From positions 1,542,538 to 1,606,537 of the forward strand of contig CAJINV010000015.1 of the NCBI GenBank assembly GCA_905178155.1: a stretch of 64,000 nt of DNA. The letters are read 5' to 3'. Positions 48,971 to 61,575 of this stretch are shown in pieces. The notes under the pieces are model-generated. The model was not told the origin of the DNA and made no database searches. It worked only from the letters and a program-made list of their open reading frames with translations. Within the stretch, counting starts at the first letter, position 1. Each line of letters begins with the position of its first letter. The stretch is from Amoebophrya sp. A120. Taxonomy: Eukaryota > Protista > Dinoflagellata. Position numbers and translations under genes: made by a program.

Positions 48971-51900
48971 ATGGGAACCGGAAGTACAAGTTCAGCTGCT
49001 GGCAGCAAGAAGATGAAGAGCAGCGTGGCCAAAAGCGACGCCAATACCACGGATCTTGTTGCGGAGAAAGGACTGGCGAAGACGAGCAAAGCTAATAAAG
49101 CAAAAACTACAGATGCTAGTAAAAGTGCCGGAGAAGTGAAAAAGTCCACCGACAAAAAGAACGCGAAAAATAAAAGTGTTGTCGAAGATAAAGATTCAGG
49201 TGAAGCACCTAGTACGAAGACAAACAAGCAAGCCGACAGCGAGCGCAAAGCCACTGGCGGCGATGCTAAAAAAACGAAGAAAAGTAGCACCACAACATCA
49301 TCGGAGTCGAAGAAGCGAGAGAATGATCCAGGCACAGTAAAACCGGATGTGGTGGGTAGTAAAGAAGACCATGTCGGTTGTAGTACTAGCAAGAACAGCA
49401 GGACGAGAAAAGCGGAGGAAGAAAACAAACTCGGTGGTCCGGCCGCCGGTACTTCTAAGAACTCGTCGTCCTCTTCTTCGTCATTGTTGCCTGGATCTGG
49501 TGCAGGAGCAGCTCCAGCAACATCATCAGCTGCTTCCTCATCCAAGAAAGAGAAACAGCAATCTTCCAGTGCTGGAGGTAGTAAAAAAAAGCCGGCACCA
49601 CAAGAACTTGACGACGACAACAACGACGACGACGCACCAGGACGACCCTCTCGTCCGGGATCAGGAACAAGCAAGAAAACCGCAAGCCGCGATAGTGCAA
49701 CATCCTTCAGCGTAAAGCTCGTTCCGGGGGCTGTGCTGCCAATGACGGACGGAACAGCATCAACAGCGAAAGCGGGTAAGAAAGTGAAAGTCGAGAAACT
49801 TCCGGGCGGCATGGAGCGGTACAGCTTCGTGGAGGATGAAGAGGACAAGCAGGACGTCGAAAGCTCTCGTCCTGCGGAGAAAAAACTGCCGAAAAAGAAG
49901 ACGAAAAAAGAGGAGAAGCTCCCGACAAGAAGTTCAACTCTGTTACATGATGTGGCACCCGCGCAACAGAAATCTTCCTCGTCTGCGTCGTCCTCGAAAC
50001 TAGTACCCCGAGCGGGAGGTACTACTAGTAGTACCAGCACAGCAGGAAGACCGCGAGTCGCAGGTCCTTCGATGAGAAGGGTAAAAAATTCCGTGGTGGG
50101 CTTACGAATGAGTGGATCATCTTCATCTTCTCCGTCATTATCGTCCTCCTCATCATCCTCAAATTCACCATCGCCTAAGCGGAAGAAAAGGAATCTTAGA
50201 AAGATTCCCCCGCCTCCCATATCCTGAGAAAACACGGGCCCACTGTCCCAGAATTGTCATGCAGATAATTTGCTATTGCTGCAACTATAGGAACACTTGG
50301 AAAAATGCGCATCCTCAGTCATGACAGGTATATCCAATTGCGTTTTGGCATTTGTAATCAATGTAATGCTGAAGATGTATCAGTAAGTAAACTAGATAAT
50401 GTAGGAGACGGCTCTGTGATCCACGGCTGCCTGCTCTTGCTAAACTACACAATAAATACTTTTCATGCGACGTGCGTCCCAAAACTTCTGGATTTGTGCT
50501 GCAGAGCTCCCAACCATAATTGACTCTGGATTTGTGGGCCCCGTTTTTTCTCGGCATATCCCTACGTCGATCGAGAACCCCCGGACATGGCGGTTCCGGG
50601 AGCCGCGAGAAAGGAACAAAAGCGGCAACAACGGGAAGCCAAGAAAAAGTGGAAAGAGAAAAAGGCAAACCGGCAAAAGCGCAAACTTCTGGGACAAGGG
50701 ACAAAACTCGAGCCGATTGCTGAAGTGGATGGAGAAGACGCGCGGACTAGAAGTAGCGGTGCAAGTTTTACTAGCAGAAAAATGGCTGTGGATGGAAATC
50801 TAAATCACATTGGCGTCGATGACAAGCAGGAGGCCAATGGGGTGGAGATGATAGAGCAAGACCTACTTCCACCCGCCGGCCCTAGCGAGAGCCTGAGCCG
50901 CGCCGAGCCACTTCTAGCGGAAGATGTTGAGTCGGGCGGCCTTGAAGACGTATCGATGCTCGGTCGTGGAGATAAAAAAGAGGACGCTCCTACTTCCGGT
51001 CCCCAGAGTAAAAGGCGGAAAATTGCATCATCTCTTCTCGAAGAGGGGCCAGCGGATAATGATGACGAGAGCAATAACAAGAATCGCCGGAGAAGAAGCA
51101 CGGGTGGAGCTAGTGGATCTTCTCCCGAGCAGAACAAGATGAGAGGAAAGAAGAAACGAGACGACAAGGATGTAATTTCTCCAAAACGTGGTGAACAAGG
51201 AGCTGAGCCCCAACTACTAGTACCTGTTAAAGCGCCGGATCAAGGAAATAAAAACTCATCCGCCAAGAACAAGATGAAAAACAAGCCTGCAACATCTTCA
51301 AGTGCAGCGAATAAGTCTGGTCCTCCTGCATCAACGAAATCGCAAAAATCGCCTGGAAAAGAACTTCTACGAGCTGCAGGCGAGGGAAAAATTAATAAAG
51401 ATGCTAAAGGCGCCGGCCCTCCTCTGCAGGACCGGGTACCAGAGACAGATCCACATAAGCAGCCGCTAGAGGAAGAAGAACAGCAGGAAGCTGACCAACA
51501 ACCTCCTCCTCCGCCTTCGCTTCCGCGCCCATCTTCAAACGACCCAAACCGTTCGAGGAGCGGGACAAATGGCCATGATAACCTTCAAGAACAACCCAGA
51601 GGACTACGACCAGGAGGACCAGGAGCCCCAGGTACTGGCGGCGGTTCTTCCTCCTCCACCTCCGCTCTGCTGCACGACCGAACCCTCCTCCCCTGGATCC
51701 CCTACTCGCACAGTGCCGTGGTTCCTGGCGCCGACTTGCATTACGTTCCGGGATCGTCCAAAGCCAGCAATGGCACGGACAAAACCGGGCAGGCGTTGAG
51801 ACACAGCGCAAGGTTGGCGCACGATGGGTTTCTGTTAGACGACGCGTTTCTCCAGAAAGTCCGGACTTTGCAACAGAAGGAGGAGGAGGACGAGGCTGCG

Positions 51901-54900
51901 AAAGCCGCGAAGAGGGAGCGGATCTTGAAAATGAAGCGAAATAAGGAGGAAAAAAAAATCGTAGAAGGAGCGAAGAACAAAGGCGATCCTGTAGTTGACC
52001 ACGGTGATGCTGGTGTAGTCCTCTCTCCGGGGAAAGAAAAGTCCGGCGGAGGTCCTCTCACGACCGCTGGAAATGATGAAGAAGCATCTGCCGGTCGTGG
52101 TCCAGACGAAAGGAAGAAAGGTCTTGTAGATGGGAAGAAAAATCCCAAAAGGCCCGTCTCTCCGCCGCCGGAATCTGTTCAACCAGGATCACTAGACGTC
52201 GGTGGACAAGGAAAAATAAATAGTAATCAACAAGACCAGAGGACCCCGCCCGGCAATAATAGCAGCAACAAGCCCCCGGCGCCTTCTAAAAACCCTACTG
52301 CAAATAAAGCAAACTCAAGCAACATCTTCCGAGTTCCGCACCTGCACCAACTTCGACGGCAGCAGCAGAGCCCGGCGGCGGACCGAACTTTGATCCACAT
52401 GTCGCAGCGCTCGGAAGTGGTCCAGGTAGATGGGAAGCCGGTCGTCGTGACGCGCACCAACTCCGCCGGCGCGTGCATCGTGCTCCCGTCGCGGCACTAC
52501 CACAACCAGGGAGGGCCGCACCGCGTGCAAACGGAAGCGGTGCTGGCGCAGGAGGATCCAGAGCAGCGGGACCAGATCCACAAGCTCGTCGTGTACTGGG
52601 TGAAAAACTACAACAAACTAACCCCGGGGTTGGAGCACTTGCCGCAGTCCTTCGAAGTGAAATCCCACGACCCGGACAAGAAATCAGGCACTCTGTTGAA
52701 GTATCCTGTGCAAAAGTAATATCGTACACGTAAGTACTAATTGCGTTTATGCATTACAAATCTCCTTCCCGAGGTAAAGCAGCATGACAAATTCCATTTG
52801 TCACGCTGAGCTAATTTGTATTGCAATTACTACTAGGACGATACTTTTGCAGTTCATGTGAAGCGGTTGGGCGGGAAGAACGGGGCGGTGATTGACCCGA
52901 AAAACTTGGCGAAGGAAAACTTCATCGCGACCGGGAAGCTCTTGTCCATTTTACACCAGTTCCCGAACAAGCGCGAAACGTTGCTGTCCCGTTTGAATCT
53001 CTGGAAGCTGAAGCAGCTCGATTTGCACCTGCGCATGGGGCAGAAGACGCGGGAGGTGATGGCGCGGCACTACGGGGAAGTGTTCGAGAAACACAAAGAC
53101 TATCTGCAAATAGGAAAAGCTGGCGCTGGTCGTGCTGGAATAAATCAGGACGGACAGAACATGAACTCCGCGGGACGACCGCCGGGAGCTGCGCAAGTAG
53201 GGGAAGGTCATGCGCAGCAAGGAGCACCGCCACAGCCGGGCTCTACTGTTGATCAAGACGACTCCGAGACGATGGAGCATAAATATGGCGTTCTCAAACG
53301 TTACAATTACATTCTCAACTGTTACATGCGTTTGTGATGCAAGAATGTCAAAAGTTAAAGTAGTGAAAGGGGTGACCCTGAAAGTGCCCGTCTTGCATGA
53401 CAGATGGGGTGCAGATTCTCAGCCTATTTGGCCTTTCGAGAATTTGCCATGCGAAGCAGCTTGATCGTGTCGATTCTGCTTGTGATTTTGCTTGACAAGT
53501 CATGCAGTTGAGAGCGTAACATTTGCGAGCCCCATAACAAAAAACAGAGACTCATCGAGGACTTGAAGCAGCATACCCGGGAGAAGCTCACCCACCCCTT
53601 GCTCGCGCAGGGAGTGGAGGCCATCGCCGCGCAGACCTATTTGCGCCGGGATTGCCGTCGGGGCAAGCAGTCAAGAGGGCACGAGTTGACAGAGTCCTTG
53701 ATTTTGCCGGCCGGGAAACGCGGGAAATTCATACTTCGCGACGCGGAGGACAGTGAGGAAGTCGACGATGAGCAGGTGGACAATAAGGTAGATCGGGGGA
53801 AGTCGAAGTTGCTGAAACCGGTGGGCGTGGCCGTCGTAGTCTCTGAAAATGACTCGGCAGCTGCAAGTAGTTCTCCTTCCTCTTCAGCGGTTGGTTTCAT
53901 AGAGCAGCAAAGAAACCTTCCAAATGAGGACGACATGGAGGTGGACCAAGAGGGAAATGTAGATCCTGGGGCTTCTGCCGCAGAGAGAACGCAAAAATTC
54001 GGCGTTGAATCTAAACAAGAAGCCGATCCTCGTCCAGAAGATCACCTTTCTGGTTCTCCAAGTGGAACAAATGCCGCCGATTCATCGTCTGCTCGGGTAG
54101 TACAGATGAAGAAGAAACTACCGAAAAACAATAGGAAAAGTTCTCAACCCCTCGTTCTAATAGACAAGCACGATGTGCGTATCGCTACGGGGGGAACGTG
54201 GACGGTAAACCTCTTCGAATCCAACAACGCCGGCGATTTTTGGGAAACGAACGAAGCGTTTCGCCAATTGATGACGCGGGAGTCGCAGAACAAGAACGAG
54301 CAAGCGCGGCAGTGCAAGTTGGCCTACGTCGAGCGGAAGAACAAGGAACTCGAGGAGATCCGCCGCACGAGCAAGACGCACGGGTGGGGCATCGTGCGGA
54401 TCATGGACCCGGTGGGGAACGTGCGCGAAACCCGACGGAGGATGGGGCGAGAGAAGAAGGGGGACGCAGCTGAAGATAATTCACCGGAAGGTGCTTGTGA
54501 TATTGATCCCAAAATTAACCCGCTTGATCTCGACTTGGATGACGATAAGGATATCTCAGACGGAAATGGAGAGGGTGAAGATCGAATAGGTATTAAATCT
54601 CCAGCAGTGCAACTACAGCAAAAACGATCATTATCAAAGCAACCGGAGAAGATGTTCGAGAAGAACAAACGGCCCGCATCTCCTTCCGTCCGCGCCGGAA
54701 TCGACTCCCCGGTCATAGAGGACGAGGATTTTGACGACCTGTTAGACGATGAAGAAGACGCGTTTGACGAGGACGCGCTCTTCACTGTGGGCACAGATTT
54801 GAACGACATCCTGAAGCCGTCCGTGCGGGAACAGAGAAAAATAGATCTGCTGGCTGCAGGCCAGAGCAAAACTGGTCCTGCAGGTCGTGGTGGGTTAAAA

Positions 54901-56073
54901 TCAAAGCAAGCCGCTTCAACATCCTCGTCGTTCTACTCTGGTGCTTTTCATGGTCAACAAGAAAACGGGGCGTCGCAGATGAATTATCGTGGCGTCCACC
55001 CGGAAACAGAGCTTCTCCGTGCGGCGGAGGAGGACAAGGAATTCCAGGAAAGAAAAAAAGGCAAGCAGGTGAAAACGAAGCTGATTCAGGAGCGCACCGT
55101 TCGGTATGAGCTCGAAGAGAACCTGGAGTCCAGCAAGCTCGGCGATTTTCCCCGGACCATCGGCGCTTCGCGGATCGTTCGCATAGTGGAGCGAAGGGAG
55201 TTGGGGGAGGACGTGGCTACCAGCCTGGAAGAAGACCAGGAGCTGCATGAGGGAGACGGAGATGATGTGGAGTTTCTCGGCGGGAGGTCAGGAAAGCACA
55301 AATACAGCGAGAAGAAGAGCAAGCGCGGAATTTCACCTCTCAGCGTTGGAATTGGTAAACGAGGCAAAGACCACCACGACGATTTTCTACCAGCGCAAGC
55401 GGATGATTTTGAATTTGATTTTGACGAGGGCGATGGCCTTTTTGATGCCTCTGCCGGAATCAAAAACAGGAAGGAGGAGAAAGTGAAAGCAAGCACGACC
55501 TCCAAGAGGAATGAAAATCTCCCCGGCGTAGTTCCTCCAGCGGCTCTGAAGACAACAAGCTCGTCCGGAACCGCAGCTGGGATTAGAAGCCAGAGCGGAC
55601 AGGAAAGGAACAATAAAGCGGAAGCGTTTATTTTCAACAGAACCGTCAGCGCAGCAGCGGCTAATACGGGTTTCAGGAATAACAACAACGGAGTCGTCGA
55701 CGAGCAGCCGCTTATTGAGGAAGTAGTGGTCCAAGATGTGGACGAACACCAGCATGACGAGCAACAAGATGATGGAAAAATAGAGCAGAACAAACCTCCT
55801 ACCGAAGGGCTCGGTGGTGGACAAGTACAAGGAAAGGAAAATGAGAATCAAGTAAATTTTGAAGACCAAACCTCTTCCGATGGCATTATTGCTTCGGACT
55901 CCGAAGAGGGGCGACGGGAGGAGGGACGACCGCAGGACGATGGGAGAAGCCGTCCAAATGAAAGTACGGTAAATGCTGCAAATGGAGCTTCTGGAACTGC
56001 AAGTCAAAATGCTCCTGCTGCTGACGAAGATGAAGGTGATGATCACTACTGGGATGACATGTTTGAGGCATGA
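48971..56073 (+). CDS. Very large (~2100 aa) charged, low-complexity hypothetical protein
   Basis: ORFs 48491, 50587, 52858 and 53563 join in frame on removing 3 introners; K/S/D/E-rich; start codon tentative. Confidence 0.7.
50220..50558. mobile_element. Introner, family D-like (degenerate)
   Basis: TATCCTGAGAAAACACGGGCCCAC / GTGGGCCCCGTTTTTTCTCGGCATA; TSD TCCCA/TCCCT. Confidence 0.8.
52702..52858. mobile_element. Introner family F (3' end ATG)
   Basis: TSD TGAAG/TGAAG. Confidence 0.88.
53284..53536. mobile_element. Introner family G
   Basis: TSD ATAAA/ACAAA. Confidence 0.85.
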
Positions 56074-56699
56074 CGGCGTCGCTCGGCCGCAGAAGTTGAG
56101 GTTGAGCAAGCTGATCTTTCATCGCATTGCGATGCGCGTACAGGAGTAGGCTTTTTACGCTTAACCCGATTTTCCGCGCTGAAGATTCGTTGATGGAAGT
56201 GGACAGCGCGATGAACATGAAAGCGTCAAATCATTATGATTCTTCTGCAGCTGCCCTTTAGACTCGATCATGCTAGTACAAGCAAATAATAGACCACGTG
56301 GCGCTGGAGATCGTTGTTGAAACGAGCATCACGGTAGTAGTACTTTGCTCGACTGCTTTTCGAGGCGCTGCTCCATGATGCACCGAGAAAATAAACGCGG
56401 TGTTCTCCTAGAAGATGTTCCTGCTCTTCGTTGTTTTGCTTCTACACAAAAATCGCAAGATGAAGATGAGTACGCAGCAATAAAAGTTTGGTTTCTGCAG
56501 CAACTACTACTACAACTTACAATTGCAAAATGGAAGCAGAATTAGCCAAATGAAAGTAAGTACATGAAATGTTGTGATGCAGATGCAGTAGTATTCTGAT
56601 TTTCTCTGTTACGAGTTGCTTTACTTTCGTCGCTGGAAAACTCCAGCCGCGGTTAAACACGAGTTCAAAGTCAAAAGCATAAAGCAAGACAGCAAAACC

Positions 56700-59600
56700 A
56701 TGGCCGACTCGTTTCCGTCTGCTGGAACTACGCCATTACTGGCTTCGGGCAACCAACGCGCAACGTCGTCCTCGGACCCGAATGCCGGCGGCGCGACAAC
56801 CGATAACCCCCATGATTTTTCCACTACGAGCACGAACAGCGCCCCTGTGGTGACCAAGGAGGATTTGGACCAATGGATCCACCACCTGACCTCCAAGCAC
56901 CTACAGCTCCCCTTGAAGCACGCCGAAAAGCTGTGCGACCACGCGAAATTGATTCTCTCGCAAGAGTCCAACGTGGCGGAAGTTAGGACACCGGTGACGA
57001 TCGCAGGTGATATCCACGGCCAGTACCACGATCTGATGGAGCTTTTCAGGATATCGGGCTCACCGCCCGACACCAACTATTTGTTTCTCGGCGATTACGT
57101 AGACCGGGGGTACTTTTCCGTCGAGTGCTTTTCGCTCCTTCTGTATGCAATAAAAAAACTGTGTCAGTGTAACTTGCTTTGGCTGACAGCATCACAAATT
57201 TGCTCTACATGACAGAGAAAGCCTGTCATGCGTGGTTTGTAAGGGAAAACACACATGAAAAGAGGACGGCGTGGTTGTCTAGCATGACAGGTGTAACTCT
57301 GTTGCATGTTCTGCATCACAGGTTTACACTTACACAGTTTTTTTCTTGCATATTCTGTGCTACAAGATCCGGTACCCAAGACGAGTCACGCTCTTGCGCG
57401 GAAATCACGAATCCAGGGCGATTACACAGGTAGAAGATGGTTTGGATTTTTTTTCTTTGCATACTTATACCCATAGAAATTTCGAATCATCTTTTAGTCG
57501 TACCGCATGACAAATAAAACGCTTCAAATGAAACAGGTGTACGGATTTTATGACGAGTGCATGCGAAAATACCCCTCCGCAACGACGTATCCGAAGAGAG
57601 AGAAGAAGAGCAGGAGGTGGATCTGTCATGCGCGGCAAGCATACAGTAACAGTTGCAGTTACTCATCATGAACACCAGAAAAGAACCGTTAGTATGCTGT
57701 CGTCACGTTTAGGTTCGTTTAGAGGACGTAAGCACGTTGTTTGATCGGCATGACAGACTCCACCTCTCCTCTGTTTCATTTCTCCCCTCCCATACGGGAA
57801 ACATGTGGCGCACGTTCACCGATCTTTTCGATCACCTCCCGCTCGTTGCGGTCGTCGAGAACAAAATTTTTGCCCAGCACGGAGGTTTGTCGCCGAATTT
57901 AGACACCATCGACCAAATCCGGGAACTAAACCGGGTCCAAGAGGTGCCGCACGAAGTATCAACTGCAAATATGTCTGGGTCTGGGAGATTGCGAGATTTG
58001 TCATGCTAGTTTGGCATGACTCTGAGCTCTGTATTGCGTGCCCTCGAAGAGCTCTTTCTGTCTGTGATGCAAAAACGCAGTTTCTGAGAAACTGCGTTCT
58101 TCTCATGCAGAGTACGCAACTCTGAATCTGTCTCTGAACCACGGAAAAACTTGTCATGCTGGGCAGCGCATTACAGTGCGCTCACGCTTCCCTTTCTTGC
58201 ATCACAAGTTTCCAAACCCAGACATATTTGCATTTGATACGAAGGTCCGATGTGCGACCTGCTGTGGTCCGATCCGGACGAACGCGCGGGGTGGGGCATC
58301 AGCCCCCGCTATCATTTGTAACCACGTCCCCGCCCCAGAGTTGTAATGCTAATCTGCATGCTGAAAATGTTTCTCATGCGGAGACCCTTGAGAAGCAGTT
58401 GCTAGTCGCGTCTTGGGATAACTTGTGATGCTAGAAGCAGCGCGATATGCTAGATCTGTGATGCTGCTGAACAAGCCAAACAGGATTACACTACGAGGCC
58501 AAACTTGTCATGCGCAACAGCAAGAGCTGACAGATTTGTCTAGCAGATTTCCCAGCTTGACTCTGGTGTGGGGACGTTTTTACTCAGGATACCCGCGGTG
58601 CGGGGCACACTTTCGGGTCCGATGTGTCCGCCAGGTGGAACCATTTGAACGGACTGTACTTGATCGCCAGGGCGCTTATGGAACAGGAAAGATGGAGGGC
58701 GGTCTACCTGCGGCGCTTTCACATGAATTTTCAGCGTGTGTTGCGATTTTACATCGATGCGTTTGATAATTTGGAACGAAGGTGTTGAAAGCCAGAGAGA
58801 GTGCCACGTCTACCGATTTCACGTGATGAAATCGGTTGGTATTTAGATAGATCCCTAGCGTACGTGTTATGCATACGATGCACCAGCATGATGAGAGAAC
58901 AAATTACAAACTTGTTGCAGCAGTTGAAAGCCAAAGTCGTTCGGTCCGTTAGCTTTTTCCTTTCCATAAAGCACCAACTGGTAATGGAGGGATTCAACTG
59001 GAGTCACGACAAACAGGTACTAATTTTATGCGTATATAAAAAAGTTTCTGCAGTTTGTCATGCACAAGTGCGAAGATATGCAAAACATTGAACATGCGTC
59101 ACTGCATGACAAGTTTGTTCCAAAAGATTATCACAACTTCTCCAGGTTGTCACCATCTTCTCCGCGCCAAACTACTGCTACCGGTGCGGCAACCAGGCCG
59201 CTATCCTCGAGGTATCCAGCACGATTTCCGGCCCCGCAGCCGACACAAACACCTCCACGGCGGTATGGGGTTCTCAAATGTTACATTCTCAACTGTTACA
59301 TGGATTTGTAATGCAAGAATGTCAAAAGTAAAAGGGGGAAGATTACGCCTTTTGCATTACAGGTTTGGCGCAGAGTCTAGTGCTACCTAGCGCGTCGAGA
59401 ACTTGTCATGCGACGCAGCTTGATGGTGTAGATACTGATGAGCGTTTTGCATGACAAATCGCGTAACAGTTGAGAATGTAACGCTTGAGAGTCCCATAGG
59501 CGGAAGACGCGGGATTGAACACGGGTGGCATCATGGAGCAGAACCTGGCCACCTATGCAAGAAAAAAACTGTGTAAATGTAGTAACTCTGTGACGCAGAA

Positions 59601-60271
59601 CATGCAACAGAGTCACACCTGTCATGCCAGACAGCTCGGACGTCCTCTTTTCATGTGTGTCTTCCCTTGCAAGCCGCGCATGACAGGTTTTCTCTATCAT
59701 GTACAGCAAATTTGTCATGCTGTCAGCCAAAGAAAGTTATACTAACACAGTTTTTTTCTTGGATACCACCTCCACGACCAACAATATGAACCAAAATCTC
59801 TCCACCGGGATCGAGTCACACTTGCAAAACACAACCGCCTATCAAGTGCAAAAATGTCTGGGTCTGGAAGAATGCATGTTTGCCATGCTTGTCTGGCATG
59901 ACTCTTAAATCCGTCATGCACGTTACCCAAGTAGAGCTCCATTTTTCTGTGATGCAGAAACGCAGTTTGTCATCCAGAATAGCCAACACCTAGAAAGAAG
60001 CTCAGAAACTTGTCATGCTGAGTCAGCACTTGTGGCCTCATCATGAGACGCCACCCAGCATCACAAGTTTCCAGACCCAGACACTTTTGCAGTTGATGTC
60101 GTCTCCGACACCCGACCCGGGCCAAAGTGGGCCAGTTTTCTGCAGTTCGATTCCGCGCCGAGGAGAGGGGGATTGCAGCCCATGAATTTCGGCTTAGACG
60201 ACGAGGGAACGTTTTTGGCGGACGAGCCGTACCCGAGTCAGCTGATTCCGAAACCCGATTACTTTTTGTGA
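56700..60271 (+). CDS. PPP2C: Ser/Thr protein phosphatase 2A-type catalytic subunit
   Basis: [69 protein letters not shown] and C-terminal PDYFL*, all recovered after removing 8 introners and GT-AG introns 57430-57536 and 59017-59145. Confidence 0.92.
57144..57352. mobile_element. Introner family E
   Basis: TSD TTCTG/TTCTG. Confidence 0.92.
57588..57794. mobile_element. Degenerate introner (purine-rich TIR)
   Basis: GGAGGTGGATCTGTCATGC / GCATGACAGACTCCACCTC inverted pair; TSD CGACG/CGGGA. Confidence 0.75.
57957..58239. mobile_element. Introner family A
   Basis: TSD CGAAG/CGAAG; close copy of 8369-8620; removal restores VPHEGPMCD. Confidence 0.93.
58310..58591. mobile_element. Introner family D
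   Basis: TSD CCCGC/CCCGC; removal restores ISPRGAG. Confidence 0.92.
58677..58968. mobile_element. Degenerate introner
   Basis: TATGGAACAGGAAAG / TTTTCCTTTCCATA; TSD GCGCT/AAGCA; removal restores RAHQ. Confidence 0.78.
59264..59498. mobile_element. Introner family G
   Basis: TSD GGCGG/GGCGG. Confidence 0.9.
59554..59765. mobile_element. Introner family E (inverted relative to 57144-57352)
   Basis: TSD CCACC/CCACC. Confidence 0.92.
59840..60098. mobile_element. Introner family A (inverted relative to 837/13548/23551; 3' end ATG)
   Basis: TSD CCGCC/TCGTC. Confidence 0.9.
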
Positions 60272-61575
60272 TTTTGCACGAAAACGAACTGAGCTGAAGC
60301 TTCTGTAAGTAAGTGTGGTTCTGCTTTCTGCTGTGAATGCGTTTTGCCTCCATGGAAATGTTTGAGAAAGTCGTGAAAAAATGAATGATTTTGAAAGGTT
60401 GCACTTTCATCTTGACGCTGATTTTTCCTATTTGAAGCTGAGAATTATTCTATTCCTGGCAGCATTGGAGTGTGAATGAATGGTTTGTAAACTAGGAAAC
60501 GAAGATGGTTGTTGTGGCAAAGAACCTAAAACATTTCATAGAAAGAAAAGCAAAGTCTTTTCACTTTTTCCAATGCAAATTCACGTAGATGATGACGCCG
60601 AGTACTTACTTGTTGCTAAATTAATCCTCTGCACTAGCTCCGATGAATGTTGAAGTTGATGTACATACACGACACAAGAGTCTTTACTCTACTGTGGTCA
60701 CAACAACCGCCGCGGAAGTAGATGAAGACGAGTGCGAGTGGCTTCCGCAAGAGAAGACTGAAAATGTTACTGTCTAAACGCAAATTTTCTGCAGGCTCTG
60801 AAGGAAGATCATTTGATCTTTTTGGTTTTCATGTCCACTCTCCTGGCATGATGCTCCAGAGATCCTCCCCCTTTCCGTACTACAGGTAGGTTGCGGGGGT
60901 CCTGCCGGTCTGCAAAGAAACGGCAGCTGCAGCCCCGCCCGGATCTTGTCTTTGATGTTCTTTTTTTTGTAAGTGCCTCCAGTTCCAATTTCCAAGCACG
61001 ACCGTCGGCTCAATAAGCAGGACGACCGCTGTCGTCGTGATAGATCCATTCTTCTCGATCCTTGTACGTGCTAGTGCAGTGGCACTGGCAGCAAGTGCAG
61101 CAAAAGGCAAAAAATCTTGACTCACGACAAAATTTTACAGCGCGCGAAAAGAATAAGAAAGCCGAGAATTCGTTTCGCGTGCTTGAGTTCTGCGTTGCTT
61201 TTCCAGTTTCCCTTTTCTTTTTTGATTTTACAGCGACACCATGCTTTTCCATAGCTAGTCTCACGATTTCTAAATTAATTTTTCACCTAGCAATTTGTTC
61301 GCAATCTTCATCTTGATCTCGTAGTTTTCTGTGTTAATGAGTCGATCACAACTTGAAAGAAGAAAAACAATGACACAGCACCGTGCTATCGCAGCGGATG
61401 GTCGATTGTTTTCAATCCCACTATTGAATGGCGCAAATTGATCAGAGGAGTCGTTTCCGCAACGGCAGCCCCAAGCGGTGACGACCGACAAGAAGTAGAG
61501 TCCCCTCCTCGACGCCACGTGCATATTGCGGCGGCGAAAAGTTACTAGACTCCCGACCGTCACGACCTTTTCGAA

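Noticed and set aside
48916-50235. Long minus-strand ORFs (also 34696-35724, 55086-55793, 18192-18788, 8497-9027)
   Set aside because: Antisense shadows of low-complexity + strand exons with no motifs of their own.
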